Shown here: one piece after another, positions 52,488-62,677 of the stretch
Layout: each line of letters begins with the position of its first letter
Position numbering within the stretch: position 1 is the stretch's first letter
NCBI GenBank assembly: GCA_963734545.1
Contig: CAVTHO010000007.1
Span: forward strand, 800,001-864,000
DNA length: 64,000 nt
Direction: 5' to 3'
Origin: an uncultured Spirochaetota bacterium
GTDB taxonomy: Bacteria; Spirochaetota; Spirochaetia; SZUA-6; Fen-1364
The notes under the pieces: model-generated
Told to the model about the DNA's origin: nothing
Seen by the model: the letters and a program-made list of their open reading frames with translations, nothing else
Database searches by the model: none
Program-made: the position numbers and the translations under genes

Positions 52488-53213
52488 TCATTTCTGGAGC
52501 AGGCTTTTCAGGAGCTTCAGGTCGTCCCACACCGGCTTTCGAAGCGACGCCTTGTCACGCAGCACCGCGCTGGGATGGTAGGTGACGACCACGGGAATCG
52601 CCCTGTCGGGAGATTGCAGAATCTCCCGCGGAAGCTGGTGGATCCTGCCGCGAAGCTCGCCCAGGCTCGCCGTGGTGCGGAGGACTGTCTGCGCGGCGAT
52701 CCTTCCCAGGCAGCAGATTACCCGCGGCTTCAGGATCGTGATTTGCCTCACCAGGTACGGCAGGCAGGCGCCGATCTCATCCGGGTGCGGCTCACGGTTC
52801 TGCGGCGGCCGGCATTTCACGCAATTGGCGATGAAGCACTGCTCGCGCGCGAGCCCTATTGGAGGCAGCCATGTATCCAGGTATTTCCCGGCCGCCCCGA
52901 CAAACGGCCGGCCGGTCCGGTCTTCTTCGGCGCCCGGGCCCTCGCCGATGAAGAGCACCTCCGGGTCCAGGGAGCCCTCTCCCGGCACGGTCGTATTCCT
53001 GTTCGCCGAAAGACCGCATCTCACGCAGGAAGCCACCTCGGCGCCGATCGCCGCGAGCGAGCCGGTGCGATCCTGCCCGGCCGGGGGCGTCGTCCCTCGC
53101 GCACCGGTGTCTTCGAGCACCAGCTCAGGATGCGCACGGGAGTATCCCGTTGCGAGCCAGTCCTCCAGGAGGTCGAGCGCTTTCCACGCGGCGCGGTACG
53201 CGTCGTCATTCAT
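52488..53213 (-). CDS. Family 4 uracil-DNA glycosylase
   Basis: CVRC, GEGPG..EDRTGRPFVG, KCRPP.NR, TYHPSA. Confidence 0.93.
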   Translation of the reverse strand: MNDDAYRAAWKALDLLEDWLATGYSRAHPELVLEDTGARGTTPPAGQDRTGSLAAIGAEVASCVRCGLSANRNTTVPGEGSLDPEVLFIGEGPGAEEDRTGRPFVGAAGKYLDTWLPPIGLAREQCFIANCVKCRPPQNREPHPDEIGACLPYLVRQITILKPRVICCLGRIAAQTVLRTTASLGELRGRIHQLPREILQSPDRAIPVVVTYHPSAVLRDKASLRKPVWDDLKLLKSLLQK

Positions 53214-53985
53214 GTGGGACCCCGGGGACTGTGCTTTCGGCGTCATACACTACCCTTTCGAGAAAAAGGCCTTTTGCAGGCGCCGTGCCGCCCGCGTTCG
53301 ACCGGGAACCGGATTCGATGATGAGACGCATCTCCCGCGCGCCGAGGCCCTGCTCCTCCAGCATGAGGAATGTGCCGATGATCGTGCGCACCATCTTCCA
53401 CAGGAACGAGGTTGCGGCGATGGTATAGACAAGCGTGTCTCCTTCGGCATGAAAAGCGGATGTCCATACGCGCCGCACCTTCGACAGGTTGGCATCTCCT
53501 TCCGCTGAAAAACAGCGGAAATCGTGCTCGCCAGTCAGGACGGAAGCCATTTCGTTCATCCGCACGATGTCGATGTGCCTTCGCACCCAGTGACGGTAAT
53601 TGCGGAGGTGGGGAAGAAGGACAGGGCCGCACACCGTGTAGTACCTGTACACCCGCAGCCGGGCGGATCTCCTGGCGTGGAACCGCGGCCCCACCTCCTC
53701 GCTGGCAATCACGCGCACATCGGGGGGCAGATAGGAGTTCACCGCGTCCCGAAAACGCTCCGGCGCAATCGAGTCGATGTCGGAATGGAAGTTCGCGACC
53801 TGCCCCGTGGCGTGCACGCCCGAGTCTGTTCTGCCCGCGGCCAGGACATGCACCGGGTGCCCGTGCATCCGCGCAAGGCCCTCCTGCATCACCCCTTGCA
53901 CCGTCCTGCCTCTCTTCTGGAGCTGCCAGCCGAGAAAATCGGTGCCGTCGTAAGCGAGAGTCAGCTTGATGTTTCTTTCCGCCAT
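53206..53985 (-). CDS. truA: tRNA pseudouridine(38-40) synthase
   Basis: AYDGTDF.GWQ, AGRTDSGVHA, GEHDF, FLWKMVR. Confidence 0.96.
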   Translation of the reverse strand: MAERNIKLTLAYDGTDFLGWQLQKRGRTVQGVMQEGLARMHGHPVHVLAAGRTDSGVHATGQVANFHSDIDSIAPERFRDAVNSYLPPDVRVIASEEVGPRFHARRSARLRVYRYYTVCGPVLLPHLRNYRHWVRRHIDIVRMNEMASVLTGEHDFRCFSAEGDANLSKVRRVWTSAFHAEGDTLVYTIAATSFLWKMVRTIIGTFLMLEEQGLGAREMRLIIESGSRSNAGGTAPAKGLFLERVVYDAESTVPGVPHE

Positions 53986-54901
53986 GACGGTAGGTGAAGC
54001 CCATGACCGGCGGCTACGGACGCGTCGGCTGCGGCGTCCGAGGCCCCTCCCGGCTGGAGCCGCTGCATCTCTTCCCCCATCTGCTCGTACACTTCCTTTG
54101 CCTTGTCGAGAATGGCCGCCGGTCTGTTCTTCGACGATTTCCCCACGCCGAATATCTTTGCCATCATCCGCCTGTCGTATTGCAGGTTCGCGGCGCGTTT
54201 CGCCGGGTCCTCCGTGGGACCGTGCCGGTAGTCCAGGTATGCGGCGAGGTAGATCACGCCGTAGTATCCATAGTTCTTGTCCAGGTCCGGACCGAACGCG
54301 AGATTGGCGTCGAAGGCTTCCTGCCCGGCGCTCTCCTTCTCTATGGCAAGCTGGTAGTAGAATCGCGCCTTTCTGTAGAAGACCTTGCAGAGGTGGTCCC
54401 AGTTCTCGGTCGGCTCGGTCTTGTGCAGGTCGGAAAGGAGCCATGCCGCGCGCAGAGAGGAAAGCCCCGCCTTGTAGGTCGGATTGGCTTTCTTGTCATA
54501 GAAGTCATAGCACATCATCGGCGAGGAAGTAGCTTGCTATCCCTTCCTTCAAGGTGCGCGGCGCGGTGAAGTCGAGCATGGGGAAGATCAAGGCGATACT
54601 GTCGCGGCGCTCGTCCGCGTTCAACTCCGCCTTCCTGAAACCGGAGTCGGGTATGGCGGAAAAATCCTGCGGGAAGGTGGAGAAAAGACAGCTCGGGCAG
54701 ACGCAGACAGGGTAGATCAGGGGATGTATCTCTCCGAATTTCCTGGACGGCTCATAGAGCCTTCGGAGCTCGGGATTGAGATCTCCCGCAATGAGCCGAC
54801 CGCCGCCGGAAAGCAGGTCCTCGCGATAGAACTTCGTGTCGCATATCGGGCAGGACGGTCTGCTTCTTCTCGAAGAAGGTGATCTTCTGAGTCTCTTTCA
54901 T
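53961..54901 (-). CDS. DUF2225-like Zn-finger/helical protein (apparent frameshifts near 54855 and 54520)
   Basis: CPICDTKF..L.SGGGRL..VCPSC N-terminus; LSSLRAAW, FGPDLDKNYG; sits between acpS and truA as in spirochaetes. Confidence 0.75.
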
Positions 54902-55278
54902 GACGCCTCCCCTTCGATGATCACCACCGCGAGCGCGTTGTCACGCTCGTGGGAGAGCGAGCACACCAGCCGGCTGCCCCCCAGCTCCTTGAACGCGGCT
55001 TCCGCGGCGCCCGTCAGCATCATGAAGGGCTTGCCGTGGCTGTCGTTGAGCACGGCGATGTCGCGCAGGGCGAAGTGCCGCAGCCCTGAGCCGATGGCCT
55101 TGCCGAAGGCTTCTTTTGCGGCGAACCTCGCGGCAAGAGAGAGTATCCCCGCCTCGCCCCGCGGGAGCGTGAGGGCGAGCTCTTCAGGATGGAAAAAGCG
55201 GTCGTACAGTCCCTCGATGTTTTTCCATCTTCGGATACGTTCCACGTGCACCACGTCGATTCCCACGCCGAGTATCAC
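54898..55278 (-). CDS. acpS: Holo-ACP synthase
   Basis: GVGIDVV, LAARFAAKEAFGKA, SLSHE. Confidence 0.96.
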   Translation of the reverse strand: MILGVGIDVVHVERIRRWKNIEGLYDRFFHPEELALTLPRGEAGILSLAARFAAKEAFGKAIGSGLRHFALRDIAVLNDSHGKPFMMLTGAAEAAFKELGGSRLVCSLSHERDNALAVVIIEGEAS

Positions 55279-55291
55279 GGGCCCACGCCTC

Positions 55292-56245
55292 CTATCTGCC
55301 CGAGGACACGATATCCACCGTGACCTCCTTGGGAGACCAGTCCATCACGATCACGTTCGGGACAGCGGTTGCATCCGGCCGGATGCGCGCAAGAAATTGC
55401 CCGGCCCGTTTCGCGCCGGAGCAGTCCAGCAGCAGACGCAGCTGGTCCGGCCGGACTGCGTCCACGACGATCTGCGCGCCGGAAAGCTGCATGCTTCCGG
55501 GCGCGGGCGGCGCCTTCAACGCGAGATGAGACGAGAGATCGACGGGGGTCAGAGGCACCGGCTCCACCGTGCGGCTCACGATGGACTCCTGCACGGTGGC
55601 GCGAAAGTCCGCCGCCGCTTCTCCCGCGATCCTCACAAGGGTGTTCGGCAGGATGATCTTCACCTTGGAGGCGAAGCTGCCCGTTCGGCCGGTGAGGTCG
55701 ATGACTTCCGTGGACAGTGAGGTGATCCCCTGCACGCGGCTGCGCGCTCCGCGGATCACGACATTCTGCGGGGATATGACCGACTGGACCAGACCGTAGC
55801 CGTAGGCGGGCGCGCCGCGGATATCCGGGGTGACGATGACCCTGCGCTCGGCGAGGGGCTCGAGGGCGAAGGTGATTTCCTGCGGCTCCACCGTTACTTC
55901 CAGCGGCTCGACATTCAGCGCCGTCCCCTTGCGCGCCACCTTCACCTCTTCGCGATACACCCCCGCGTTCTTCTGCGCATCGAGGCTCACCGAGGCTGCC
56001 AGGTCGTCCTCGAGGATCGGCAGGATGGACTCTTCCGTTCCGCGAAGGGTGACACGGACTGTGCGGGGAAACGCGGAGGCAACGGCGAGTCCCGAGGGAG
56101 TTGTCACCTCCAGCGGGACGTTTACGAACCTCTCCGAGAGCGTGGTGACCCTGTGGAGAAGCAGAAGGATCACGGCCGCGGTGAGGCAGATCACCTTGAC
56201 AGGGAGATCGGCGAGGAGCGCACGAATGAACCGCCTTCCCGTCAT
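55292..56245 (-). CDS. cdaR: CdaR/YbbR-like diadenylate cyclase regulator
   Basis: N-terminal TM, repeated P..V.V.G beta domains, follows cdaA. Confidence 0.85.
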   Translation of the reverse strand: MTGRRFIRALLADLPVKVICLTAAVILLLLHRVTTLSERFVNVPLEVTTPSGLAVASAFPRTVRVTLRGTEESILPILEDDLAASVSLDAQKNAGVYREEVKVARKGTALNVEPLEVTVEPQEITFALEPLAERRVIVTPDIRGAPAYGYGLVQSVISPQNVVIRGARSRVQGITSLSTEVIDLTGRTGSFASKVKIILPNTLVRIAGEAAADFRATVQESIVSRTVEPVPLTPVDLSSHLALKAPPAPGSMQLSGAQIVVDAVRPDQLRLLLDCSGAKRAGQFLARIRPDATAVPNVIVMDWSPKEVTVDIVSSGR

Positions 56246-57028
56246 TCAGCTTCCTCCACGCGCCGGTCGAGGCGCAGCAGGCTCTTCAACCCGGCTTTCA
56301 CCTCCGCGAGCGGAAGGTTGTAGCGTATGTTGCCGTCGTAGGCGAGAGACACCGCCCCATTCTCCTCTGAAACGACCACGACCAGCGCGTCGGACTCTTC
56401 AGCCAGCCCGAGGGCGGCGCGGTGCCGGGCGCCGAATGCGCTCTCCACGTCTTCCCGCTCGGACAGGGGGAGGAAGCAGCCCGCGGCGACGATTCGGTCC
56501 CCTTCGACGATCACGGCCCCGTCGTGCAGCGGCGGTTCCTTCGAAGAATATGGTGGTGAGCAGGTTGATGGAGAGCTCCGCATTCAGCGGTGTGCCGGTC
56601 TGGACGATGTTCTTCACCCCGACGCGCCGGGGAAGAACGATCAGCGCCCCGCGGCGGCGCGCGGAGAGCGTCTCCACGGCGCCCATGAGCGTCTCCACGC
56701 TCGGAGTGACGGCGCGCACGCCTGCGCGGAACCATTCGCGGCTGCCGATCTGGGTGAATATCTTGCGCAGCTCGGGCTGGAAGATGATGGCGATGGCGAT
56801 GACGAGGCCGGGAACGAGCACGTTCAGGATCCACAGGAGCGTCGCGAGCCTCAGGAAGAAGGAGACCGCGTAGATGAGCAGCATCACCACGGTGCCCTTG
56901 AGGAGCTGCACCGCCCGGGTCTGCACGAGGATCTGCCAGCTCTTGTACAGGAGGTAGGCGAGGATGAGGACGTCCAGCGCCGGGCGGATCACCTCGCGGA
57001 CCACCCATGCATTCAGGAGCGGGTTCAT
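56242..57028 (-). CDS. cdaA: Membrane diadenylate cyclase (frameshift near 56540)
   Basis: Three TMs, [28 protein letters not shown]. Confidence 0.95.
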
Positions 57029-57037
57029 CGAGTGCGC

Positions 57038-58262
57038 CTACGCCCCGATCCGCCGGACCGAATCGATGATCTTGACCATTTCAACGGCTTCCGCCACGTC
57101 ATGCACGCGGATGATGTTGGCGCCGTTGATGATGGCCAGCGTGTTGGCGGTGATGGTCCCGATGAGTCTTCTCTCCACGGGCCTGTCGAGGATCTCTCCG
57201 ATGAAGCTCTTGCGGGAGAGACCGATGAGAATGGGAAAGTTGAGTGACTTTCAGGGACGCCAGCTCCTTGATGAGGCGCAGGTTGTCCTGCATGCGCTTG
57301 CCAAAGCCGATGCCCGGATCGACGATGATCATTTCCGGCGCGATTCCCGCCCCCATGGCGGCGACGATGGACGCCTGCAGCTCGCGGAGTATCTCGCTGA
57401 TCGTGTTCTTGTAGTGCACCTGCTTCTGCATGGTCCTCGGCGTGCCGCGCATGTGCATGAGCACGACCGGCACGCCGCGGCGCGCCACCAGCCGGGCGAG
57501 CTCTTCGTTGTGGCGCAGGCCCGAGATGTCGTTGACGATGTCCGCTCCCGCGTCCAGGGCCCGTTCCGCCACGCCCTTCTTCCGCGTGTCCACGGAGATC
57601 ATGACGTCAGAGCCGTCACGCAGCGCATGGATCACGGGGATCACGCGGCGGATCTCCTCTTCCTCTGTCACCCCTTCGGAACCGGGCCGGGTGGATTCAC
57701 CGCCCACGTCGATGATATTCACTCCTGCTTCGATCATTTCGTGCGCCGTCTTCAGCGCATCCTTGATCGTCGTCGACCTGCTGCCGGGAAAGAATGAATC
57801 CGGCGTGCAATTGAGTATCCCCATGACATACGTCGTATGGCTGAAATCGAGCATCCGGTTGCCCCACGACATGACCCGGTTCCCGCCTGCCGTGCACGCG
57901 GCGATTTCCTCGCCGATTCCGTCCAGGCCGAAAGGCTCTCCCTTGAGACGCGCGGCGAGGAGCCGCAGCGTGTGACGGCTGCCCGTAACGATCACGTCAG
58001 TTTCCCGCACTGTCAGCTCATCCGCCTCCTTGCGCATGGCCAGCCCGCCGCCCAGGGTCTCCAGGTGCGTCTTGATGAGCTTTGCGGCCCGGGTGTCTAT
58101 TCCTTCCAGCTTGATCGTGCAGTAGAAGAACTTGTCGGCCATCCCATCGATCTCCGCCTCGGGGACATCGATGTCGCTCAAGTGCCTGCGCAGATCACCC
58201 GCCGTGACGATATCGATGGGGTGGGCGTTCGTATCTGATGCTTTGAGAAAAGTCGAAGCCAC
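57038..58262 (-). CDS. folP: Dihydropteroate synthase with N-terminal extension (frameshift near 57245)
   Basis: MGILNCTPDSF, DVGGESTRPG, SVDT, DPGIGFGK, GLSRKSF, IIRVHDV. Confidence 0.95.
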
Positions 58263-58269
58263 GCCGGGG

Positions 58270-58299
58270 ATTCTAACAGTCGCTTTCCAGAAGCGTCAA
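58270..58299 (-). promoter_or_regulatory. folP operon promoter, probably leaderless
   Basis: TTGACG-18 nt-TAGAAT with extended TG, 7 nt before the GTG start; no SD. Confidence 0.7.
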
Positions 58300-58324
58300 G
58301 TTGGGGAGGGCGGATGCGTCCCGC

Positions 58325-59089
58325 TCACTGAGAGAATACGACGTCGATCAGGCGATTGAGATAGAGGAGCAGCAACTCCTTCTTGCGCGCGTCAGAGATA
58401 ACCAGGGATTGCTGGGGGGACTGCGCCGCGCCGGTTGCAGCCTGCGCTCCAGGCGCCGGCGCGGCGGGCGCGGCGGGCTGCGCGGCCGCTGGCGTGCCGG
58501 CGGCAGGCGCAATGGCAGCCGCGGGAACCGGGGTGAGCAGCGTCCGGAGGTCGGCCTGCGTGAGCACGTCTTTTGCGGAAGCAAGGAAGGTGGTATAGAC
58601 GAGCCGCGAGTTTGCCAGGCGCGAGAAGTTGATGGTCCCCTTCTGGTCCAGGAGACCGGGAGAGACGGAACCGCTCACCGTGATTGACTCATTCTTGCCC
58701 TGCACGGAGACCGCGCGCGATCCCTGGACCTGCGCGCTCCCGTCCGGATTCACTGCGGTCACCACCACGGGAACCTGCGTCTTGAGGCTGAGGCTGTCTT
58801 TCCCCGTCGTGCTCTGGGCTCCGCCCGTGCGCACCTGGGGAAGAAACGAGAACAAATTCCCGGAGTCGCCTCCGGTGAACTCGAGCGTGAGGTTCTTTGT
58901 GTCGTTGCTAGAAGCGGAAAATGAGAGAGAGGAGGAGGCGTCGATCTGCACGACGATGGTGTCTCCGACGGCGAACCCACGTCCGCCGGAAAGGTATCCC
59001 TTGAAGTCGGGAGACCAGAGGCTGTCCCCTCCTGCCCGCGTGAGCGCGGCAAGGAGCAGAACAGGCACCATGACCCTTGCAGCTTTCAC
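58325..59089 (-). CDS. FlgH (flagellar L-ring)-like protein
   Basis: SLWS..AVGDTIVVQI..VVVTAVNPDGS..VQGSRAV..ESITVSGSVSP..I...RLANSRLVY resembles the FlgH pattern. Confidence 0.65.
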   Translation of the reverse strand: MKAARVMVPVLLLAALTRAGGDSLWSPDFKGYLSGGRGFAVGDTIVVQIDASSSLSFSASSNDTKNLTLEFTGGDSGNLFSFLPQVRTGGAQSTTGKDSLSLKTQVPVVVTAVNPDGSAQVQGSRAVSVQGKNESITVSGSVSPGLLDQKGTINFSRLANSRLVYTTFLASAKDVLTQADLRTLLTPVPAAAIAPAAGTPAAAQPAAPAAPAPGAQAATGAAQSPQQSLVISDARKKELLLLYLNRLIDVVFSQ

Positions 59090-59116
59090 CGACCGCTCCT
59101 CCCCGGAGGCCGCGCC

Positions 59117-59212
59117 TTAGCGCAGCTTCTTCTTGTGCCGGTTGGCCCTCAGTTTCTTCTTCCTCTTGTGGGTGGCAATCTTGTGTCGCTTTCTTTTCTT
59201 CCCGCAGGGCAC
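59117..59212 (-). CDS. 30S ribosomal protein bS22 (mS38/COX24-like), 31 aa; absent from the ORF track
   Basis: SD AAAGGAG plus GTG; MPCGKKRKRHKIATHKRKKKLRANRHKKKLR*. Confidence 0.9.
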   Translation of the reverse strand: MPCGKKRKRHKIATHKRKKKLRANRHKKKLR

Positions 59213-59294
59213 AGTGCCTACTCCTTTCGGTTATTCTTGTCCGCGATATGAATTGCGTGACAGCCACCCACTATGCGTGTTTCACGGCTCGTGG

Positions 59295-60224
59295 TCAAGT
59301 GCTTCCGGCAATGAACGCCTCGATCCTCTCCCTCACCTCTGATGGCCGGTCAGGGCTCATCCACACAACGTCGGGGACTGCCCGGAAAAAGGTGAGCTGG
59401 CGCTTGGCATACCTGCGCGTGGTGCGCGCAATGAGATCCCGCACGCCGGCCATCGTCAGACACCCCGCGCGCATCTGCAGCAATTCCCGGTAGCCGATGC
59501 CGCGCATGCCGGGGTCTTTCGGGCCGTAGCCCAGGGCGATCAAAGTCTTGACTTCCTTCAAAAACCCTTCGTTGAACATGCGCTCCACGCGCTCGCCGAT
59601 CCTGCGGTACAGCTCCTCCCGCTCCCTCTCGAGGCCGATGAGCAGGAATCGGAAATCCGCGCGCGGCGTGCGGGGCCATCGAAACGAAAACAGGGACCTG
59701 CCCGTGCTTTCGTGCACCTCCAGCGCCCTGATGATCCTGTACCGGTCGTTGGGCTGGATACGGGCCGCACCCCCTGGGTCACGCTGCTGCAGCAGGCTGT
59801 ACAGCCCTTCGGGACCTGACTGACGCTCCAGGGCGCGAAACTTCTCGCGTACCGCGGGATCCACGGGCGGCGATTCGGGCAGGCCGTAGAGAAAGCTCGT
59901 GATGTAGAATGCCGTCCCCCCGCATATGACGGGGAAATTGCCCCTGCTTCTGATCGAGGGGACGAGGGCCTCGGCCGCCTTCACGAACCAGCCGGCATTG
60001 AACTGCTCCGACGGGTTCGCGACGTCGACGAGATGATGCGTCAGCCGGGCGCGCGATTGGAGAGACGGCTTGGCCGTCCCGACATCCATGTGACGGAATA
60101 CCTGCAGCGAATCCGCATTGATGATCTCGAATCGCTGGTCAAAGAGGGAAAAAAGGAGCTCGGACTTTCCTACGGCCGTGGGGCCGAATATGACTATAAC
60201 GGGAGGCGGGCCGACATCCATCAC
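59295..60224 (-). CDS. miaA: tRNA dimethylallyltransferase
   Basis: GPTAVGKS, NADSLQV..MDVGTAKP, GGTAFY, GIGYRE, TRRYAKRQLT. Confidence 0.96.
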   Translation of the reverse strand: MMDVGPPPVIVIFGPTAVGKSELLFSLFDQRFEIINADSLQVFRHMDVGTAKPSLQSRARLTHHLVDVANPSEQFNAGWFVKAAEALVPSIRSRGNFPVICGGTAFYITSFLYGLPESPPVDPAVREKFRALERQSGPEGLYSLLQQRDPGGAARIQPNDRYRIIRALEVHESTGRSLFSFRWPRTPRADFRFLLIGLEREREELYRRIGERVERMFNEGFLKEVKTLIALGYGPKDPGMRGIGYRELLQMRAGCLTMAGVRDLIARTTRRYAKRQLTFFRAVPDVVWMSPDRPSEVRERIEAFIAGST

Positions 60225-61164
60225 TGCCCTTTATACATCATGCCGGCGCCGATCATCGGGGAGTCTTCGCCGAGCGAAGCCTTGCCGATGCGGAAACCCG
60301 GCGACCGGACGCCCCGCGCATAGGCATGCGCCAGGACGAACTCGCGCACCGGGAGAACGAGGAGATCCTCCTGCTCGCACATGCCGCCGCTCAACACGAC
60401 GAGGCCTGGTGAAAGCAGGTTCACAACGTTCACAATCCCGATGCCGAGGTAACGCGCGCTTCGGCGAATCACCTCGAGGCAATCGGGGTCCCCGTCCCGG
60501 GCCAGTTGGAACACCTCTTCGGCGCTGCTTGCCCCGGCCCCCGGCCCGGCCCGCGCATGCGGCGAGCCGCATTCACGATCGCTGTTCCCGAGCAATAGGC
60601 TTCGAGGCAGCCTGACTTCCCGCAGGCGCACGGAAGACCATTCTCCTGCACGAGGATATGCCCGATCTCCCCCGCGGTGTTGAGCCCTCCGTGGAATATC
60701 TTCCCGTTGACGACGATGCCGCCCCCTATGCCCGTGCCGAGAGTGATGCACACGAGGACCGGTTCCCCCTTCCCCGCGCCCATGAGGTACTCGGCGAAGG
60801 CGGCGGCACGCGCGTCCTGGACAAGAGCAATGCCGGCAGCAGGAAATGCGGAAAAGTACCGTCCGACGTGTACGTCACTCCACCCCAGATTCGGAGCAAA
60901 CAGGATCGACTGCCGGGCATCATCGACCGTGCCGGGGAAGCCCAGGCCAACGAAGCCTATGTCCGTCGGGCGCAGTCCTGCCGCCTGCACCACGCCTTCC
61001 GCCTCGCCGCGGATGAACTCCATGGTCGCGGCGCTGCTGCGCTTCATCTCCCGGATGTCTGCCTTGCGCCTGCCGAGCAATTCACCTTCCCCGTTGAGGA
61101 TCCCGATGCGCATGTTGCTCGCCCCGACGTCGATTCCGATGCTATAACGGATTGCTGCTTTCAA
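60221..61164 (-). CDS. ROK family sugar kinase (frameshift near 60545)
   Basis: GIDVGAS, TLGTGIGGG, AGEIGH, CACGKSGCLE. Confidence 0.9.
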
Positions 61165-62674
61165 AGTCTCCCCAAATGCCGTCCAGCGCGTCGGATACCT
61201 TCCGGTAGCGCGCGTATTTCCGCGCATAGATCGCCGCATTGCCGGCGCCGGGTTCCAGACGATGCGTGATCTTGACCATGTGCGCGGCCGCGTCCGGCAG
61301 GTCCCGGTACACGCCGGAGACGACCGCGGCGGCCATGGCACTGCCGAGAGCGCCTATTTCCTTCACATCGACGGTCTCTACCGGCAGCTGGAACACGTCC
61401 GCAAAAATCTGGGCCCAGGTCCTCGACTTTGCCGCGCCTCCAGCCAGGCGGACCGCGGCCGGCCGATTCCTGTTCTTCAGGAGCTTTTCCACGTGGACCA
61501 TGTGACAGAACACGATGCCCTCGTACACGGCCCGAATCATCTCGGACCGCGTCGTCGTCGCTTCGAGCCCTGCAAAACACGCCCTCGCCTGGGGATTGTA
61601 GTTCGATCCATAGATATACGGAAGGAATACGGGAATCTGCTCTTCAGGGCCGACGGCCGCGGCGAGCTCCTCGGCTCGCTCGTACACGCTTATCCCCCGT
61701 TCCTGTGCATGCCTCTTTTCCTCGTCGAGAAAGAGCTCGGTGAACCATTCGTTGTTTCCGGCAGAGGTCGGGCTGCTCTCCTCCACCAGGTAATAGCCGG
61801 GAATGCAGAAGAGCGAGTTCATCATTATGGACCTGTTCAGCACCGGCGTGCGGGAAATGTATTCGTTGATGCCCCAGGTGCCCGCGATCACGCAGAGGTT
61901 CTCTTCGCTGGTCACATCCATCGCAACGGCGCATGCATCGATATCGAACATGCCGCCGGCAACCGGTGTGCCTGCCCGCAGCCCTGTTGCCGCTGCCGCC
62001 GCTGAAGATATGGTGCCGCAGCATTCAGTGGAGTATCCGAGCGGCGGGAGCCTGTCGAACAGGTCGCCCAGGCCGAAGGCCTCGAGCAGGTCTTCGTCGA
62101 AGCGCACGTCCCGGATATTCATGAGGCTGGAACCGGAGTAGTCCGTCACCTCGGCAAAGGCCTCCCCGGTCAGCCGGAATCGGATATAGTCCTTTGCTTC
62201 GAATATCCACCGGACCTTCTCGAGGATCCCGGGCCGATTGTCCTTCAACCAGCGAAGCAGGGACACTGGTTGACAGGCGAGAACCTTCTGAAACGTCTTT
62301 TCGAACACCCTTTCCGCGGTTCCGTCTTTCTCCCATCGCTGCGCATACTCCCACGCGCGGGTGTCTGTCGAGATTATGCCGTGATACGCCGGGGTGCCGT
62401 CCCTGCCCCAGAGATAGAGCCCTTTCCCGTGCCCCGTGCACGCCACCCCACGTATGTCCTCGGGGGAGGCGCCGGATCGTGTGATCGCTTCCTGTATGAC
62501 GTCGCAGTTTGCGCGCCAGAGCAGGTCCATGTCGCGCTCGGTGAACCCCGGCTGCGGCGCGATGACGGGAACCTTGCGGGAGGCCCCGGCGATCTCGGCT
62601 CCCCGACCGTCGAACAGGACCGCCTTCGTGAGAGTGCCGCCATTGTCGATCCCGAGGAAACAGGCCCCGCGCAT
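61142..62674 (-). CDS. FGGY carbohydrate kinase, L-xylulokinase (LyxK)-like
   Basis: GIDNGGTLTKA, TGHGKGLY, KDYIRFRLTG, IAGTWGINE. Confidence 0.9.
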   Translation of the reverse strand: MRGACFLGIDNGGTLTKAVLFDGRGAEIAGASRKVPVIAPQPGFTERDMDLLWRANCDVIQEAITRSGASPEDIRGVACTGHGKGLYLWGRDGTPAYHGIISTDTRAWEYAQRWEKDGTAERVFEKTFQKVLACQPVSLLRWLKDNRPGILEKVRWIFEAKDYIRFRLTGEAFAEVTDYSGSSLMNIRDVRFDEDLLEAFGLGDLFDRLPPLGYSTECCGTISSAAAAATGLRAGTPVAGGMFDIDACAVAMDVTSEENLCVIAGTWGINEYISRTPVLNRSIMMNSLFCIPGYYLVEESSPTSAGNNEWFTELFLDEEKRHAQERGISVYERAEELAAAVGPEEQIPVFLPYIYGSNYNPQARACFAGLEATTTRSEMIRAVYEGIVFCHMVHVEKLLKNRNRPAAVRLAGGAAKSRTWAQIFADVFQLPVETVDVKEIGALGSAMAAAVVSGVYRDLPDAAAHMVKITHRLEPGAGNAAIYARKYARYRKVSDALDGIWGDFESSNPL

Positions 62675-62677
62675 GTC

